Part shown: positions 50,701-63,652 of the stretch, piece by piece
How the letters are laid out: every line of letters begins with the position of its first letter
Position numbering within the stretch: the first letter of the stretch is position 1
DNA from: Torpedo marmorata
Lineage: Eukaryota
Direction of reading: 5' to 3'
NCBI GenBank assembly: GCA_977017645.1
Contig: OZ360239.1
Span: forward strand, 71,548,001-71,612,000
Length of the DNA: 64,000 bases
The notes under the pieces: model-generated
Told to the model about the DNA's origin: nothing
What the model saw: only the letters and a program-made list of their open reading frames with translations
Database searches by the model: none
Made by a program: the position numbers and the translations under genes

Positions 50701-50783
50701 GAGGGGTGGGCAACCTACCGGATCCAAATCTATCCGCCGCACCATCTGGCCCACGCATGGTAAAAGGTTCCCCCCCACCCCTG
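50701..50783. mobile_element. 83-bp hAT MITE
   Basis: GAGGGGTGGGCAACCT...AGGTTCCCCCCCACCCCTG with a perfect 8-bp TSD CTCTACTC (50693-50700 / 50784-50791). Confidence 0.85.
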
Positions 50784-51534
50784 CTCTACTCTTTCAATTC
50801 CTCTGATCGACTTTAGGCACCTTGATCAGACCACACCTGTATCTACAGTCCCAAGAGTAGATAAGAATGAAGTGTACTGAGATGGTTTCTGCCAAAATCT
50901 GCTTACAGAATCAGAGTAGTACAAAGGAAGGCGTTAATGTAATTGAAATATATATGTGATGTTCCAGCTCATTTGGTTTTGCACGCTGTGTGGGTGTGGA
51001 AAGTTGCTCCGAATAGCACGATTTAGTTGTCTGTATGAGGGCATCAAGTGGCTTCCACTTTCTGTCTGGTCTTCTTGAAGTTTATCTTTTGGGCAGGCAT
51101 CAAATTGTAGAGGGTGGGAGGTTGGTCATCTGTGTGTTCATGACCTTATTCCGTTCACCTGACAATCTTCCACTGCTGAACTGGTACACTGTTCAGGGAC
51201 ACAAGCAGGAGTCACAAGAAATCTGTCAACTTCTAAATGTAGTAAGGGCAAGGTGCACCCATTAGTTCCCTAAAGGGGCATTGGAGTACTAACTGTGTCA
51301 AAAGATCTTGATTCAATGGAGTCCACCTCCTCATTGGCAGTCCTGCATTCAGCTATCAAGATCCCATTCTGTGGAATACCTTCCTGAAAGGTCTCCCTTC
51401 AAATTCCTCCTTGGCACCCACCTTTTGACCACTCTTTGGGAGTTGAACAACAAAGTCAGTAGATGCTGGGGTCAAGTGCAATACGCAAATGTGGCAGAGA
51501 AACTCAGCAGGTCATGCAGCATCCATAGGAAATA

Positions 51535-52446
51535 TACCTCCCCAGGGCTGTGTGCTCAGTCCAATGCTGTTCACCCTGCTGACTCATGACTGTGCAGCAA
51601 AACACAGCTCCAATCACATCATAAAGTTTGCTGATGATACAACCGTGGTGGGCCTTATCAGTAAGAACGATGAGTCAGCATACAGAGATGAGGTGCAGTC
51701 GCTAATGGAATGGTGCGGAACCAACAACCTGCATCTGAATGTAAACAAAACAAAAGAGTTGGTTGTCGACTTCAGAAGGGCCCGGGGGGATCATTCTCCA
51801 TTGACCATGGACGGCTCTACCGTTGAGGTCGTAAAGAGTACCAAGTTTCTTGGAGTGCACTTGGCGGAGAGTCTCAGCTGGTCCCTAAACACCAGTTCCA
51901 TAGTCAAGAAAGCCCAGCAGCGTCTTTACTTCCTGCGAAGACTGAGGAAAGTTCATTTCCCACCCCCTATCCTTACTACATTCTACAGGGGATGTATTGA
52001 GAGTATTCTGAGCAATTGCATCACCGCTTGGTTTGGAAACTGTACCACCTCGGACCGAAATATCCTGCAGAGGATAGTGAGGTCAGCGGAGAAAATTATT
52101 GGAGTCTCTCTCCCCACCATGACAGACATCTACAACACACGATGCATGAGGAAGGCAAATAACATTGTGAAGGACTTCTCACACCCCTTTGGTAAACTGT
52201 TTTCCCCTTTGCCATCTGGAAGGAGGTACCGAAGCACTCGGGCTCGCACGTCCAGACTGTGCAACAGTTTTTTCCTCCAAGCCATCAGGCTCCTCAATTC
52301 CTAGATATATATGTGTATTAGCATGCTATCGTTTTTTCTATTGTATTATGATATTTATGTACATCTGCCCATGGTCCTGGAGAAACGCTATCTCGTCTTA
52401 CTGTGTATATGGTAATGAACGACAAATAAAGGTGACTTGACTTGAC
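51535..52446 (+). mobile_element. Rex1/Babar LINE 3' portion (RT), open frame, inserted into a palindromic Penelope-derived element
   Basis: PQGCVLSPMLFTLLT...KFADDT...LNVNKTKELVVDFR...KKAQQRLYFLRRL...NSFFLQAIRLLNS*, with a (GACTT)n tail. The host element arms are at about 51455-51534 and 52447-52530. Confidence 0.92.
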
Positions 52447-53604
52447 CTGATGAAGGACCCAGGCCTGAAACGTTGGTTACCCTTTACTTTGTATGGATAC
52501 TGCATGCCTGCTGAGTTTGTGTATTGATTTTGACCAATTTTTAAAATCCTTTTTACTATCCCCTTTGAAAGAGCAACATGCAAACCCACTAAAAACATTA
52601 AAAAATGAAAGCTCTTGTAACGTTGCCTTTGATGTGACACTGACATGGAAAGAAATGTCCAAAGGCTTTTAAAGTGCATTGCATAATATGAATGTTGCTC
52701 AATATTTGTGCATCATAAAGTCTGACAAAGTATGTCCTCAGAATAGATTAAAAAATTAGAATTACAATACTGACTTATTTTAAGCATGAATACTGTGATA
52801 TTTGTGGGTATTTGAGAATATTTTGCATGACTGTTCTGAAACGAGCAGTCTTGTATCTTAATTGAATCATATTAAAGAGGGTTAGATTATGTTGTCATTT
52901 TTAGAACAGATTGAAAACTGCTGTGGAAAAAGGCCTGGACTAATTATGTGGTATCTGTACTTTTTACTTTGCAAGCTGAAACAGGAAACCACTAAATCTT
53001 CCAGTCCTCTGATTCAAAAGTAATTTGGAAATGAAACCTATTATTCTTTTCTGTTTTGAAGTTGCCATCTCATTTTACAAGGAAATAATGTGATTGGGCC
53101 ATGCATTTTTTTCTAGTTGACTAGTTAAGGTCTAGGGATGCAATCAATTTTATTTTGGTTGGAAACTTAATTTTCTTTGTCCAGAATAGGTTCTAGTCAC
53201 CTTGGCTCTTTCGGTCTAAATTTCTGGCTTTTTTGTTTCATCGTCCAGTGATTGATGGCACTTGTGTGGGTATCCTATGTGCTTTGCAGCAAGCTTGTTG
53301 TTGAACAGATTGGAATGAAGAGTGATTAATCTGCAACTCTGTTTGGCACGGTGCCCTTTTGGCTTTTACTGTTTTGCAAGGGTACTCTTTGGTGTGTAGG
53401 TTTTATTGGTTGTATATACACTAGAACCCAGAGTTTAAAAACAAAAAAGAATTTTTAAAAAATCCTAGAAAGAAAGAAAGGAGGAAAAAGGTAAATTACA
53501 GGGTGCAGTGGAAAGTTGTGATTATACTTGGAGCAATTTTGAATACATGTGGGATTGGATTAAATGTTCAGAAACTATAGTTAAAAGAATCACAATTTAT
53601 GAAA

Positions 53605-53930
53605 CAGACAAAAGATTGCAGATACTGGAACCTGGAGCAAAAAAGACAATCTGCTAGGGGAACTCGGCAAGTCGAGCTGGATCAGTGGGAGAAGAATGGT
53701 CGATGTTTCGGGTCTGAACACTTCATCCCGGAACAACGATCCAACCTTGGTGAAGGGTTCAGACACTTCATCCCGGAACAACGATCCAACCTTGGTGAAG
53801 GGTTCAGACACTTCATCCCGGAACAACGATCCAACCTTGGTGAAGGGTTCAGACACGAAACATTGACCATACTTTCACTCCCACTCATACTGTTCAACCC
53901 GCTGAGTTTCTCCAGCAGATTGTTTGCTTT
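53605..53930. mobile_element. Palindromic Penelope-derived element with an internal 45-bp x3 tandem repeat (53719-53853)
   Basis: Arms ACAATCTGCTAGGGGAACTCGGC / GCTGAGTTTCTCCAGCAGATTGT. Three copies of CACTTCATCCCGGAACAACGATCCAACCTTGGTGAAGGGTTCAGA. Confidence 0.85.
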
Positions 53931-54219
53931 TTAAACAATAGATTTATAATGTGGAAACTGGCATTTGGGGCAACCAGTTCATGCTCTACTCGTGCCATTT
54001 CCCCCTCAATTAGATTTCATTTTCTATTCTCCCAAAGTATCCCGAGACTTGCATGAAAACCATTTACATGATTTACACCATTGATAGTGTTCCACTTTCT
54101 CATCACTTTCTGGTTTAAAGTAGTTTTTTAAAAACCCGAATCCAATTTGATATCTTGGTGACTATTCAGAATTGGCCTCTGGTTCTGCTGTTCCCTGCAA
54201 GTGGGAGCAGTCTATTTTA

Positions 54220-54390
54220 ATTTAATTTAGACATACAGCACGGTAACAGGCCCTTTCGGCCCACAAGCCCGTACCGCCAAATTACACCTAATTGAACTAC
54301 AACCCCCGGTACGTTTTGAACGGTGGGAGGAAACCGAAGCCCCCGGAGGAAACCCACGCAGACACGTGGAGAACATACAAACTCCTTACA
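54220..54390 (-). mobile_element. SINE 3' two-thirds (HE1/V-SINE-like)
   Basis: Same family as 36563-36810, reverse orientation. Confidence 0.85.
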
Positions 54391-54974
54391 TAATTTTCTA
54401 TGTTACAACACTTCAGAAGTTCCTTGTTGGCTGCAAGATGCTTTGGGGCAACCTGAGTCAATAAAATATGTTTTAGAATTGCAGTATAATTTTAGAGGCA
54501 TTGAGTGGCCATGCCTCTGTCTCCTTGCAGCTTGTTGCCTTGTCCTGACCTGTGCAACCTAGTGTTACTGCTAACCATCTGTCATATTTGTTGCCTTTTC
54601 AGTGTCTATTTTTTTCATGATATAGAAACTGAAGTTAAACATAGTGCACCTTTTGTGGGCTAATCACATTCCCAGTATGTTGTTTCTTTTCCACAGTTCC
54701 AGTTGTCCAGCACAAAACACTGGTGGTTGGGGAAACTCTTCCCACTCTCCTAGCCCTCAGACCCTCTTATCTCCACCCCAATCCTCCCCCAACTTCAACT
54801 GAGCTCCTTCTTTCTTGCAACCCCCCCCACCTCGCCCTCAGACCCTCTCATCACTCCCCAACTCCTCTCTGACCCTCTACCTCCCCTACCTGCCACCTTC
54901 ACCCTCTGACATCCCTAACCCTCCACCTCCCCCCTCTGACTTCCCAACCCTCCATTCCCCCCCCCACCCTCTCA

Positions 54975-55312
54975 ATTTAAAGAGCTATCACTTCTCAGCT
55001 TTTTTTTCTCATGTGCCCTCCCACTCTATCCACCCATGACCTCTTGCCTGTGGCCCTGTGCTCCTCCCCCTGTCCCTCTCCCCCCCCCCCCCCCTCCCTC
55101 CCCCAACCATTTTATTCAGGTGCCTGCCTGCTTTCTGCTCATTCCTTAATGAAGGGCTCACCATATCACAAGATTTTCCACCTCTTCTCTGTCGTGCCGA
55201 AACGTCGGTTATGTATCTTTATCTTTGCTACATAAAGAACGCTACGTGACTTCCTGAGTTTCTCCAGCATTTTTGTGTAAACTACAATCACAGCGTTTGC
55301 AGATTTTCATGT
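54975..55312 (+). mobile_element. Penelope-like pLTR with interrupted hammerhead core
   Basis: Homologous to 28510-28741. TTAATGAAGGGCTCA and GCCGAAACGTCGG are separated by about 35 extra nt. Confidence 0.75.
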
Positions 55313-55431
55313 TTAAATGGTGGTTGGGGTCGTTTTTTTTAAAAACTCTGTTTGCTACATTTTGGTGATAGGATAACTTTCAAGGGAATTACTATTTCAT
55401 AGCTTTCTTATTTCCAAAAAAAATGTGCTAT

Positions 55432-58400
55432 TGTGGCAGCCCGCCACCGCGGAGATCGAGCCAGCACACCGCGCGGCGCGTGCGGTAGTAAACAGCGGCA
55501 TAACACACTGTAACGCGACCCTTAGCATAGCGAACCGGCGCGGTTGAAAGCTGGAGCAGTACAAGACCAGCAGCCTTAAAATGGCGCTGGCCAAGCTGCC
55601 CAGCTAACAGGCTGGGGAAGAAGGGTATTCATATGCAAGAATGTTCCCGCCCGCTATTGTAATTCATGCGGCTGATGTCAACCAATCAATCAAACGGCGG
55701 TAACTCCAACTGTATAAAAGAAGCATTTCCAGCCTCAATAAAAGAGAGAGCTTTACCTTCCACACTGCGTGTGTGTGTTTCTTCGTAGCAGTCGGCTACA
55801 ATTGGTGACCCCGACGGTTTAGACGGCATCTAAACCTCGAGATGGATAGCGAAGCAGCGATTAGCGCAGTCGGCCTCAAGCTCCCGACCTTCTGGACAGT
55901 TCGACCCGGCGTGTGGTTCGACCAGGCTGAGGCTCAGTTCCAGATTCAAGGCATCACAGCTGAGACCACACGGTACTACCATGTGGTCAGCGCCCTGGAT
56001 CCAGAGACTGCAGACAGGGTGTCCAACTTCATCCAGAGGCCACCATCGGAAGGCAATTACACTGCCTTCAAAGAGCTATTGACTGAGACCTTCGGGCTCT
56101 TGCAGCGAGAGAGAGGGGCACGGCTGCTCCACCTGGATGGGCTAGGGGACAGATCCCCGTCAGCACTCATGAACGAGATGCTAGCCCTCCTGGGAGACCA
56201 CGAGCCCTGCGTCATGTTCGAGCAGGCGTTCTTGGAGCAGCTGCCCGAGGACATCCAACTGCTCCTGGCTGACACGGATTTCAGCGACCCCCGGAAAGTT
56301 GCAGCATGGGCAGATATTCTGTGGAAGGAGAAACAGAAGTGCTCGGCTACCGTGGGGCTCGTCACGAAGTCTCGCAACCAGACCAAGGCAGGCCCTGGAA
56401 AGGAGCGGCAGGGACGAGTCCAAGGAGAGATGGTGCTTCTACCACCAAAGATGGGGCTCCGAGGCCCGCCGATGCCGGTCGCCCTGCGAGTTCCAGGGAA
56501 ATGAGAAGGCCAGCCGTCGCTGATGGCCACGGTGGCTGGCCATCGAGAGAGCCTCCTGTACGTATGGGATCGCCTTTCCGGCAGACGATTCTTGGTGGAT
56601 ACAGGAGCGGAGGTCAGCGTGATGCCCCCGACAGGTTTGGACACTAGATGTAGGCAAGCGGGCCCCACGTTGAGGGCTGCCAACAACAGCAGCATACGAA
56701 CCTATGGCAAGCGTAGGGCCGAGCTGCAGTTCGGAGGCAGTCACTTCTCATAGGTGTTCACCCTGGCCGCAGTGGAACAGCCACTCCTCGGAGCGGACTT
56801 CCTGCAGGCCCACAGCCTCCTAGTGGACCTCAAAGGCAAAAGACTCGTGCACGCGGAAACGTTCCAAACCTTCATACTGAGGGGCGCCGGGCTCCCGGTG
56901 AGTGCTCCAAAGTGCTGGCTGAGTTCCCGGCAATCCTTTCCCCTCAGTTGATGGTGGAGCTGCCCCAACACGGCATCACATCCTTACCAAGGGTCCACCT
57001 CTCCACGCAAGGGCGAGACGACTTCCCCCGGAGAAGCTTCAACTGGCCAAGGAGGAGTTCCGCAAGCTCGAGGAGTTAGGCATCGTTCGGCAGTCGGACA
57101 GTCCATGGGCTTCTCCCCTGCACATGGTGCCCAAAGCATCTGGGGGCTGGAGACTGTGCGGCGACTACCACCGGCTTAACGAGGCCACCACTCCAGATTA
57201 TTACCCCGTGCCGCATATCCAGGAATTTACGGCAAACCTGCACGGAGCGACGATCTTCTCCAAAGTGGACTTGGTGTGAGGCTACCACCAAATCGCGGTG
57301 CACCCTGACGACATCCCCAAGACGGCCATCATCACTCCATTCGGGCTGTTCGAATTCCTGAGGATGCCATTCGGGCTCAAGAACGCGGCACAGACCTTCT
57401 AGCAACTGATGGACGCGGTGGGCCGAGACCTGGATGGCACCTTCGTCTACTTAGACGATATCCTGGTGGCGAGCAGAACCCGGCAGGAACATCTACAACA
57501 CCTCCGAAGCCTCTATAGTTGCCTATGTGAGTTCGGCCGTACTATCAACCTGGCTAAATGCCAGTTTGGGCTGAGCACGATTGACTTCCTGGGCCACAGG
57601 ATTACCAAATGCGGGGCCACTCCACTACCCAGCAAGGTGGAGGCTATCCGCAACTTCCTGAGGCCCAGTACGACCAAAGGACTGCAGGAGTTTGTGGGGC
57701 TGGTCAACTTTTATCGCAGATTCATCCCCGCAGCTGTTTGAACCATGCGCCCACTCTTCACCCTGATGACCGGCAAGGCGAAGGACTTGACCTGGACGAC
57801 GACTCTGCACGAGCATTCGTGGAAGCGAAGGAAGCCCTGGCCGACCCCAGGTCAGACGCACCCACAGCCCTCACGGTCGATGACTCAGGAACGGCGATTG
57901 GTGGAGTTCTGGAGCAGCAGATAGAAGGAAGTTGGCGTCCACTAGCTTTCTTCAGCAAACATCTGCGGCCCCCTGAGCTAAAGTACAGTGCTTTCGACAG
58001 AGAGGTACTGGTGCTGTACTTAGCCATCCGCCACTTCTGGTACTTCCGAGAGGGAAGGGCTTTCACGAACCACAAGCCACTGACGTTCGCTCTGGCCAAG
58101 ATCTCCGTTCCCTGGTCAACCCACCAGCAGAGTCACTTGTCTTACATCTCGGAGTACACCACCGACGTAAGGCACATCTCGGGAAAAGACAACGTGGTCG
58201 CAAACGCCTTGTCGAGACCGAGCATCCACTCTCTGGCTAACGGACTGGATTTCGTGGCACTGGCACAGCAGCAGGACGACGAGATGCCTCAGTACAGGAC
58301 CGCCGTCACGGGGCTGCAGCTTCAGGACATCCCAGTCGGCACAGGTAACACTACCCTCCTGTGCGACATGGCCAATGGGCAGCTTCGACCTATCGTCCCA

Positions 58401-59750
58401 ATGGCATGGAGGCAACGAGTTTTCGACTCCATTCACGGGCTGGCACATCCATCAATCAGGACCATGGTCCGGTTGGTGGTCAGCAAGTACGCGTGGCATG
58501 AATTGTGGAAACAAGTCAGCGGGTGGGCCAAGACATGCACACAGTGCCAAACAGCCAAGGTCTCCCCGCAGCCTTTTGAGCCAACAGAGTGAAGGTTTGA
58601 CCACATTCACGTAGACATAGTGGGACCCTTACCAGTCTCACAGGGTTTCTGCTACCTGTTCACGATGGTCGACCGTTTCACCTGGTGGCCAGAAGCAATC
58701 CCCCTGGCCGACACATCCACCAGGTCCTGCACCAAGGCACTCGTCTCGTCCTGGGTAGTATGGTTCGGGCTACCGCGCCACATAAACTCCGACAGAGGCG
58801 CACAATTTACCTCCAGCCTGTGAACCGACATTGCCAACCTGTGGGGCACTCAGCTACACCACATGACAGCATACCACCCGTAGTCTAACGGGCTGGTTGA
58901 GTGCTTCCACAGGCACCTCAAGGCCGCCCTTATGACCAGACTCAAGGGCTCCAACTGGGTTGACGAACTGCCATGGGCACTGCTGGGGATTCGTACAGCC
59001 CCGAACGAAGACCTCCACACATCCTCCGCCGAGCTCGTCTACGGAGCTCCACTCATGGTCCCCGGGGATTTCGTCCCACCAGCCAGAGGTCAACAGGAGG
59101 ATACAACCACCTTCCTGGACAGGCTGCGGGAAAAGGTCAGTAACCTGGCTCCGATCCCAACCTCCAGACACGGGCAAGCCAAGTTCAACATCCCTAAAGA
59201 ACTCCAAGATTGTGAGTATGTGTTCGTACGCAGAGGGCCACACTGTCCACCGCTACAGAAACCCTTTGAAGGCCCCTTCCGAGTTGTCTGGAACAACGGG
59301 GCCACCTTCAAACTGGACATCGGTGGCAAACCAGAGGTCTTCACTGCAGACAGGTTCAAGCCGGCACACACAGACCCGACACAACCCGTGGAGACGCCAG
59401 CACCTCGGCGCAGAGGCAGACCACAAAAGACATTGGGGACTGCATCCATGGACACTATGAACTGTAGCGCCGGTTCTGGGGAGGGGGGGGCATGTGGCGT
59501 CCCGCCACCGCGGAGATTGAGCCGGCGCGGCGCGCGTGGTAGTAAACAGCGGCATAACACACTGTAATGCGATCCTTAGCATAGCGAACCGGCGTGGTTG
59601 AAAGCTGGAGCAGTACAAGACCAGCAGCCCTAAAATCAGCCAAACGGCGTGAACTCGAACTGTATGAAAGAAGCATTTCCAGCCTCAATAGAGCAGAGAG
59701 CTTAACCTTCCACACTGCGTGTGTGTGTTTCTTCGTAGCAGTCGGCTACA
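55432..59750 (+). mobile_element. Ty3/Gypsy LTR retrotransposon, CsRn1-like clade, decayed
   Basis: LTRs at 55432-55800 and 59493-59750 (TG...CA); TSD CTAT; PBS TGGTGACCCCGACG (tRNA-Trp) at 55803; G-rich PPT at about 59478-59490. Confidence 0.96.
55842..59490 (+). pseudogene. Disrupted gag and pol of the CsRn1-like element
   Basis: Gag LKLPTFW..PGVWFDQAEAQF; CHCC motif CFYHQRWGSEARRCRSPC; protease FLVDTGAEVSV; RT FVYLDDILV; RNase H; integrase HxxxHP..CTQC, HINSDRG and GPF module. Multiple stops and frameshifts. Confidence 0.92.
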
Positions 59751-61619
59751 CTATCTTATTTTTCTTTCCAAAAACTTGAAATTTGCTTGACAATTATAAA
59801 TGCAATCTGTAACTTTTTAATATCTTCATCTAATTGGTTGGAGCTTCCTGCAGCCTTGACCTTTCCCCCAATTTGGTGTCGATTAGGATTCCAGTTTGAA
59901 TCATTAATACAAATTGCGAATGATTGTCCCAGGACTGATTGTTGAAGGACTTGGCTTTCCTGCTTCTATCACACCCTGCTGGTCTTTCCAGCCTCAACTC
60001 CCCAAAATCAGCTTTTCTCCAGTCTGTTACCGCAGTCTTAATCGTCATTGCGTCATTCTCAATTATTATCTCAGAATGTATTGTGCGTATTTCCCAGACA
60101 ATCCCCTATGTGAACTTTCTGCTCTGGCTTATTTTCCATTGCTGTTTTAGCCAGTGACAAATTCTCCTCCATTAGTCTCATTATTGAGGTAGAAAGGAGT
60201 CCTGTGCTTATTGTTGGAAATTATTTCCCTTTTTTTTTTCTCCTTTACCTACATTTCAGGTCCATTATTTTCTAAACTGCTTTGTATGCAGTGTGTGTGC
60301 TACGACTTTCTTTTTGCATTTGCTGACATATTGAAAATTTACATGTTCCTTTATCCATTATGAAACACTGAATCAGTTCATATGCAGTTAGTTTCCTCAT
60401 GACTAGAATTTGGCACATTGCCAGCAATATGACTGTGATGTAAATTGTGAGCTGGGGCATGAAAAATGCATTTGTAGTTGGAAAAGTGTAAACAGATTTG
60501 AAAATTAAGTAAAACAAGTGAGTGATTAATTCTCTTTAGCCTTCCTTTAACAATTTGTTCTTTCCTGGTCCCTGTAATGAACACATTAGGATTTCTCGAA
60601 GTACTTGATATAATATTTTATTTCGTGTGCTGAATAATAGTCAAGCTGATAGGTTATGAAACAATATGCGCTTCTCCCAGGGTGACCTTTAAGGAAATGA
60701 ATAGTTTTATTATCTGTCCTGTTTCTGTGACTGAAACAACAATGTGGTTTATTAATATGACTCATGGTACAAATGAAATCGGCCTCAAAAGATTTTATTA
60801 GTTTTATCTTTTCTAATCGGTTGTTTTGCAGTCATGTTCCTGCGTTTCTAATAAGATGTCTGGTATGGTATTTTGATTCACACAGTGCTTTGAATGGCTG
60901 TATATCTGAACGTTACCTGGTGTAAATTGAAAGGGGAGTGGCTCATTTAGTGGTGTTGGACAGGGATGAATCGGCAGCTAGCCATTTATTTGTGTATGCC
61001 ATCCTGCTTTCCTTTTCTGCCTTCCCTTGCTGCATCTGAAGATTCAACACGGTGACTAGATTTAGAGTAGTGACTGTGGATGGCAGTTGGATCTGAGCCT
61101 GTCAATGTCAATATTGGGGTACGTTTTTAAGGTGACTCCTCTGGAGATCAATTTTCGTTATAAATGTTCCATGCTATTAGATGTTGTGAGATGAAGTGCA
61201 AATTACTTTAAAGAAAAATTCTGAGACAGAGGGATTAAATTTTCTGTTAAGAGCTGTGTTGTGTTCTCACACTTGATTTATGTTTTAACAATTAGAGAGG
61301 TGTGATTTGTTCTAATTGGCACCAAGTCTGTCTTGGAGTGAGGACAGGAGTTCCTCGCATGACCCACAATATAAATCCTGGCGAGCAGTGTATGAATTAG
61401 TCTTGGAGATATTCCTAACCTGGCGTTCTGATGGCTAAAAGGGGTCCAGTTTGATTAGTTGCTTCCACTGGAGACATCAATCCATGATGTTAGTGCAAAA
61501 TGAGTAACATTGAAATGACGCCTTGTTTTACCCCCATCCCAATATTAATTTTCAATGACTTCAAGTAATGAAAACAATTATATTCCAGAGCCTTAAAAAA
61601 ACTGTATTCATTACAGCAA

Positions 61620-62110
61620 GTTCATTACCACAATCAGTGAGGATTGGGAAGAACATCTCCACAATCTCAATCAGTACCGGAGCACCTCAGGGCTATGTTC
61701 TTAGCCCCCTGCTCTACTCGCTTTACACCATCATTGCTCGGTACGACAACAACACCATCTACAAATTCGCTGATGATACCATGGTAGTGAGTTGTATAAA
61801 AAGGGGCAATGTGTCAACATACAGGAGGAAGATTGAAAGCTTGGCTGAATGGTGCACTAACAACAACCTCACACTCAATGTCACCAAAACCAAGGAGCTG
61901 ATTGTTGACTTCAGGCAGGGAAAAACAGATGTGTACGATCCAGTGATCATTGGGGGATCAGAGGTGGAGAGTGTGAGCAAATTTAAGTTCTTGGGAGTCA
62001 CTATCTCGGAGGATCTTTCCTGGACCCAACACACTAATGGGATCGTGAAGAAAGCACATCAGCGCCTCTACTTCCTCAGGAGTTTGCGGAGGTTTGGTAT
62101 GACACCAGAT
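61620..62110 (+). mobile_element. Rex1/Babar LINE RT fragment
   Basis: GAPQGYVLSPLLYSLYT...YKFADDT...KTKELIVDFR...KKAHQRLYFLRSLRRFGM. Confidence 0.9.
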
Positions 62111-62694
62111 GCTTTACAGAAGCTCGATATATTGAGGATTTAACGGCTGCACAATTGTCAGAAAGTGACATGGCGAAGAGAATAAGATGAAGGAAGGAGA
62201 TGAGGAGTAATACCTTGGCATTCACTAAAGGCCATATCCAATATAAATCCAGTACAGTGGATGCTGGAAATTTGAAATAAAAACAAGATCATGTTGGAAA
62301 ATCTCGATGGTTAGCAACATGTATGGAGCGAGAAAAGTTTGTTTAATGTCAATGACATTCCATTGAATGGTCACTTCCTGTCCATTTCCTTCTCTATTTT
62401 TCTAATATTGTCTGTCAATCCACAGCCTGGAAGTGACCTCTCAACTCTATGATCTGAAGTGTGTCTTTTGCCCACACATTATATCAGTAATTTGTGTAAA
62501 TCGCTTCAGTTGCATTTCAGTTTAGGAGCTGCACCAGACAGTAAACTGTATCAGCTCTCTGGTCATAATCCAGTCTATGGACTTAATGAGCTTTCTATTT
62601 AGAGTAGATGGCCAATTGAAGAGTAGGCGTGACACTGTAGACTTGCAGCATCTGAAGGTTTGTCTTGGAAAAAAGTGGTTTAGGGTTAATATTA

Positions 62695-63388
62695 GTGTGC
62701 TAAATATCACAGAGGAGAGATGTAGCTCAAGATTCTCCTCAACATCTCCTCACTTGTCAGGAACGCACAACAGCGACTGCACTTCCTGAGAAGACTAAAG
62801 CGGGCGAGGCTACCGGCCACCATTATGTCAGCCTTCTATATGAGCTCTATCAAGAGCATCCTGACCGGCTGCATCACAGTGTGGTACGGTTGCTGCAGAG
62901 AACTGGATCAGAGGTCAATCCACAGGAGCATAAGAGTGGCAGAGGGGATCACTGGAGTCTCCCTTTCCCCCCCCCCCCCACATCGACGTGATCTACCGGG
63001 ATTGTTGTCTGAAGAGGGCACGCAAAATCATTGAGGACCCCTTCCACCCTGCACACAGCATCTTTCAGCTGCTCCCATCGGGGAAGAGATACAGGAGTAT
63101 CAAAGCCAGCACCACCAGGCTGAGGAACAGCTTCTTCCAACGGGCAGTGAGAATGCTGAACGACCAAAAGAACTGCTCACACTAACCATCCGAGACTCTC
63201 ATTTGTACAAAACAATATTTATTTATTTATTTATTTTTATAGATATAATACTAGTCCTGCATATGTATTATTTGTCTGTATGTGTGTTATGTCTGGTTGT
63301 GTGTCTGCATGTTTTTGCACCGAGGACCGGAGAACGCTGTTTTGTCGGGTTGTACTTGTACAATCAGATGACAATAAACTTGACTTGA
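62695..63388 (+). mobile_element. Rex1/Babar LINE 3' end (different subfamily)
   Basis: AQQRLHFLRRLKRARL...SILTGCITVWYG...LLPSGKRYRSIKASTTRLRNSFF, with an AATAAACTTGACTTGA tail. Confidence 0.88.
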
Positions 63389-63389
63389 A

Positions 63390-63652
63390 GATTATTATTT
63401 TTTAAATATTTTATATTTTCATTTTCACGAAAAGTCCACAATATAAACAAAAAATATACAATTTCCAATTATACACAACATTATTATTAAACTCTCCCTC
63501 CCTCCCCCCAACTGAAAAGAAAAAACATAAGAAAAAAAAACATACAAAAGAAAAATAAAATAAAAAACGAAACGTACCGTCAGAGCTTACATTGATTTTT
63601 CAACCTTCTTGGAGGCGTCGCACCATTAAATATTTATACATTGCATTGTACT
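63390..63652 (-). mobile_element. Short A-tailed retroposon, copy 2
   Basis: Reverse complement of 49591-49835: same head AGTACAATG.AATGTATAAAT.TTTAATGGTGCGAC.CCTCC...CTGACGGTACGTTTCG, T-tract and G-tract. Confidence 0.7.

Noticed and set aside
53719-53853. CRISPR-like array
   Set aside because: Head-to-tail identical units without spacers, in a eukaryotic context with no cas genes.
54740-54975. Proline-rich ORF 54815..55039
   Set aside because: C-rich low-complexity DNA adjoining a pLTR.
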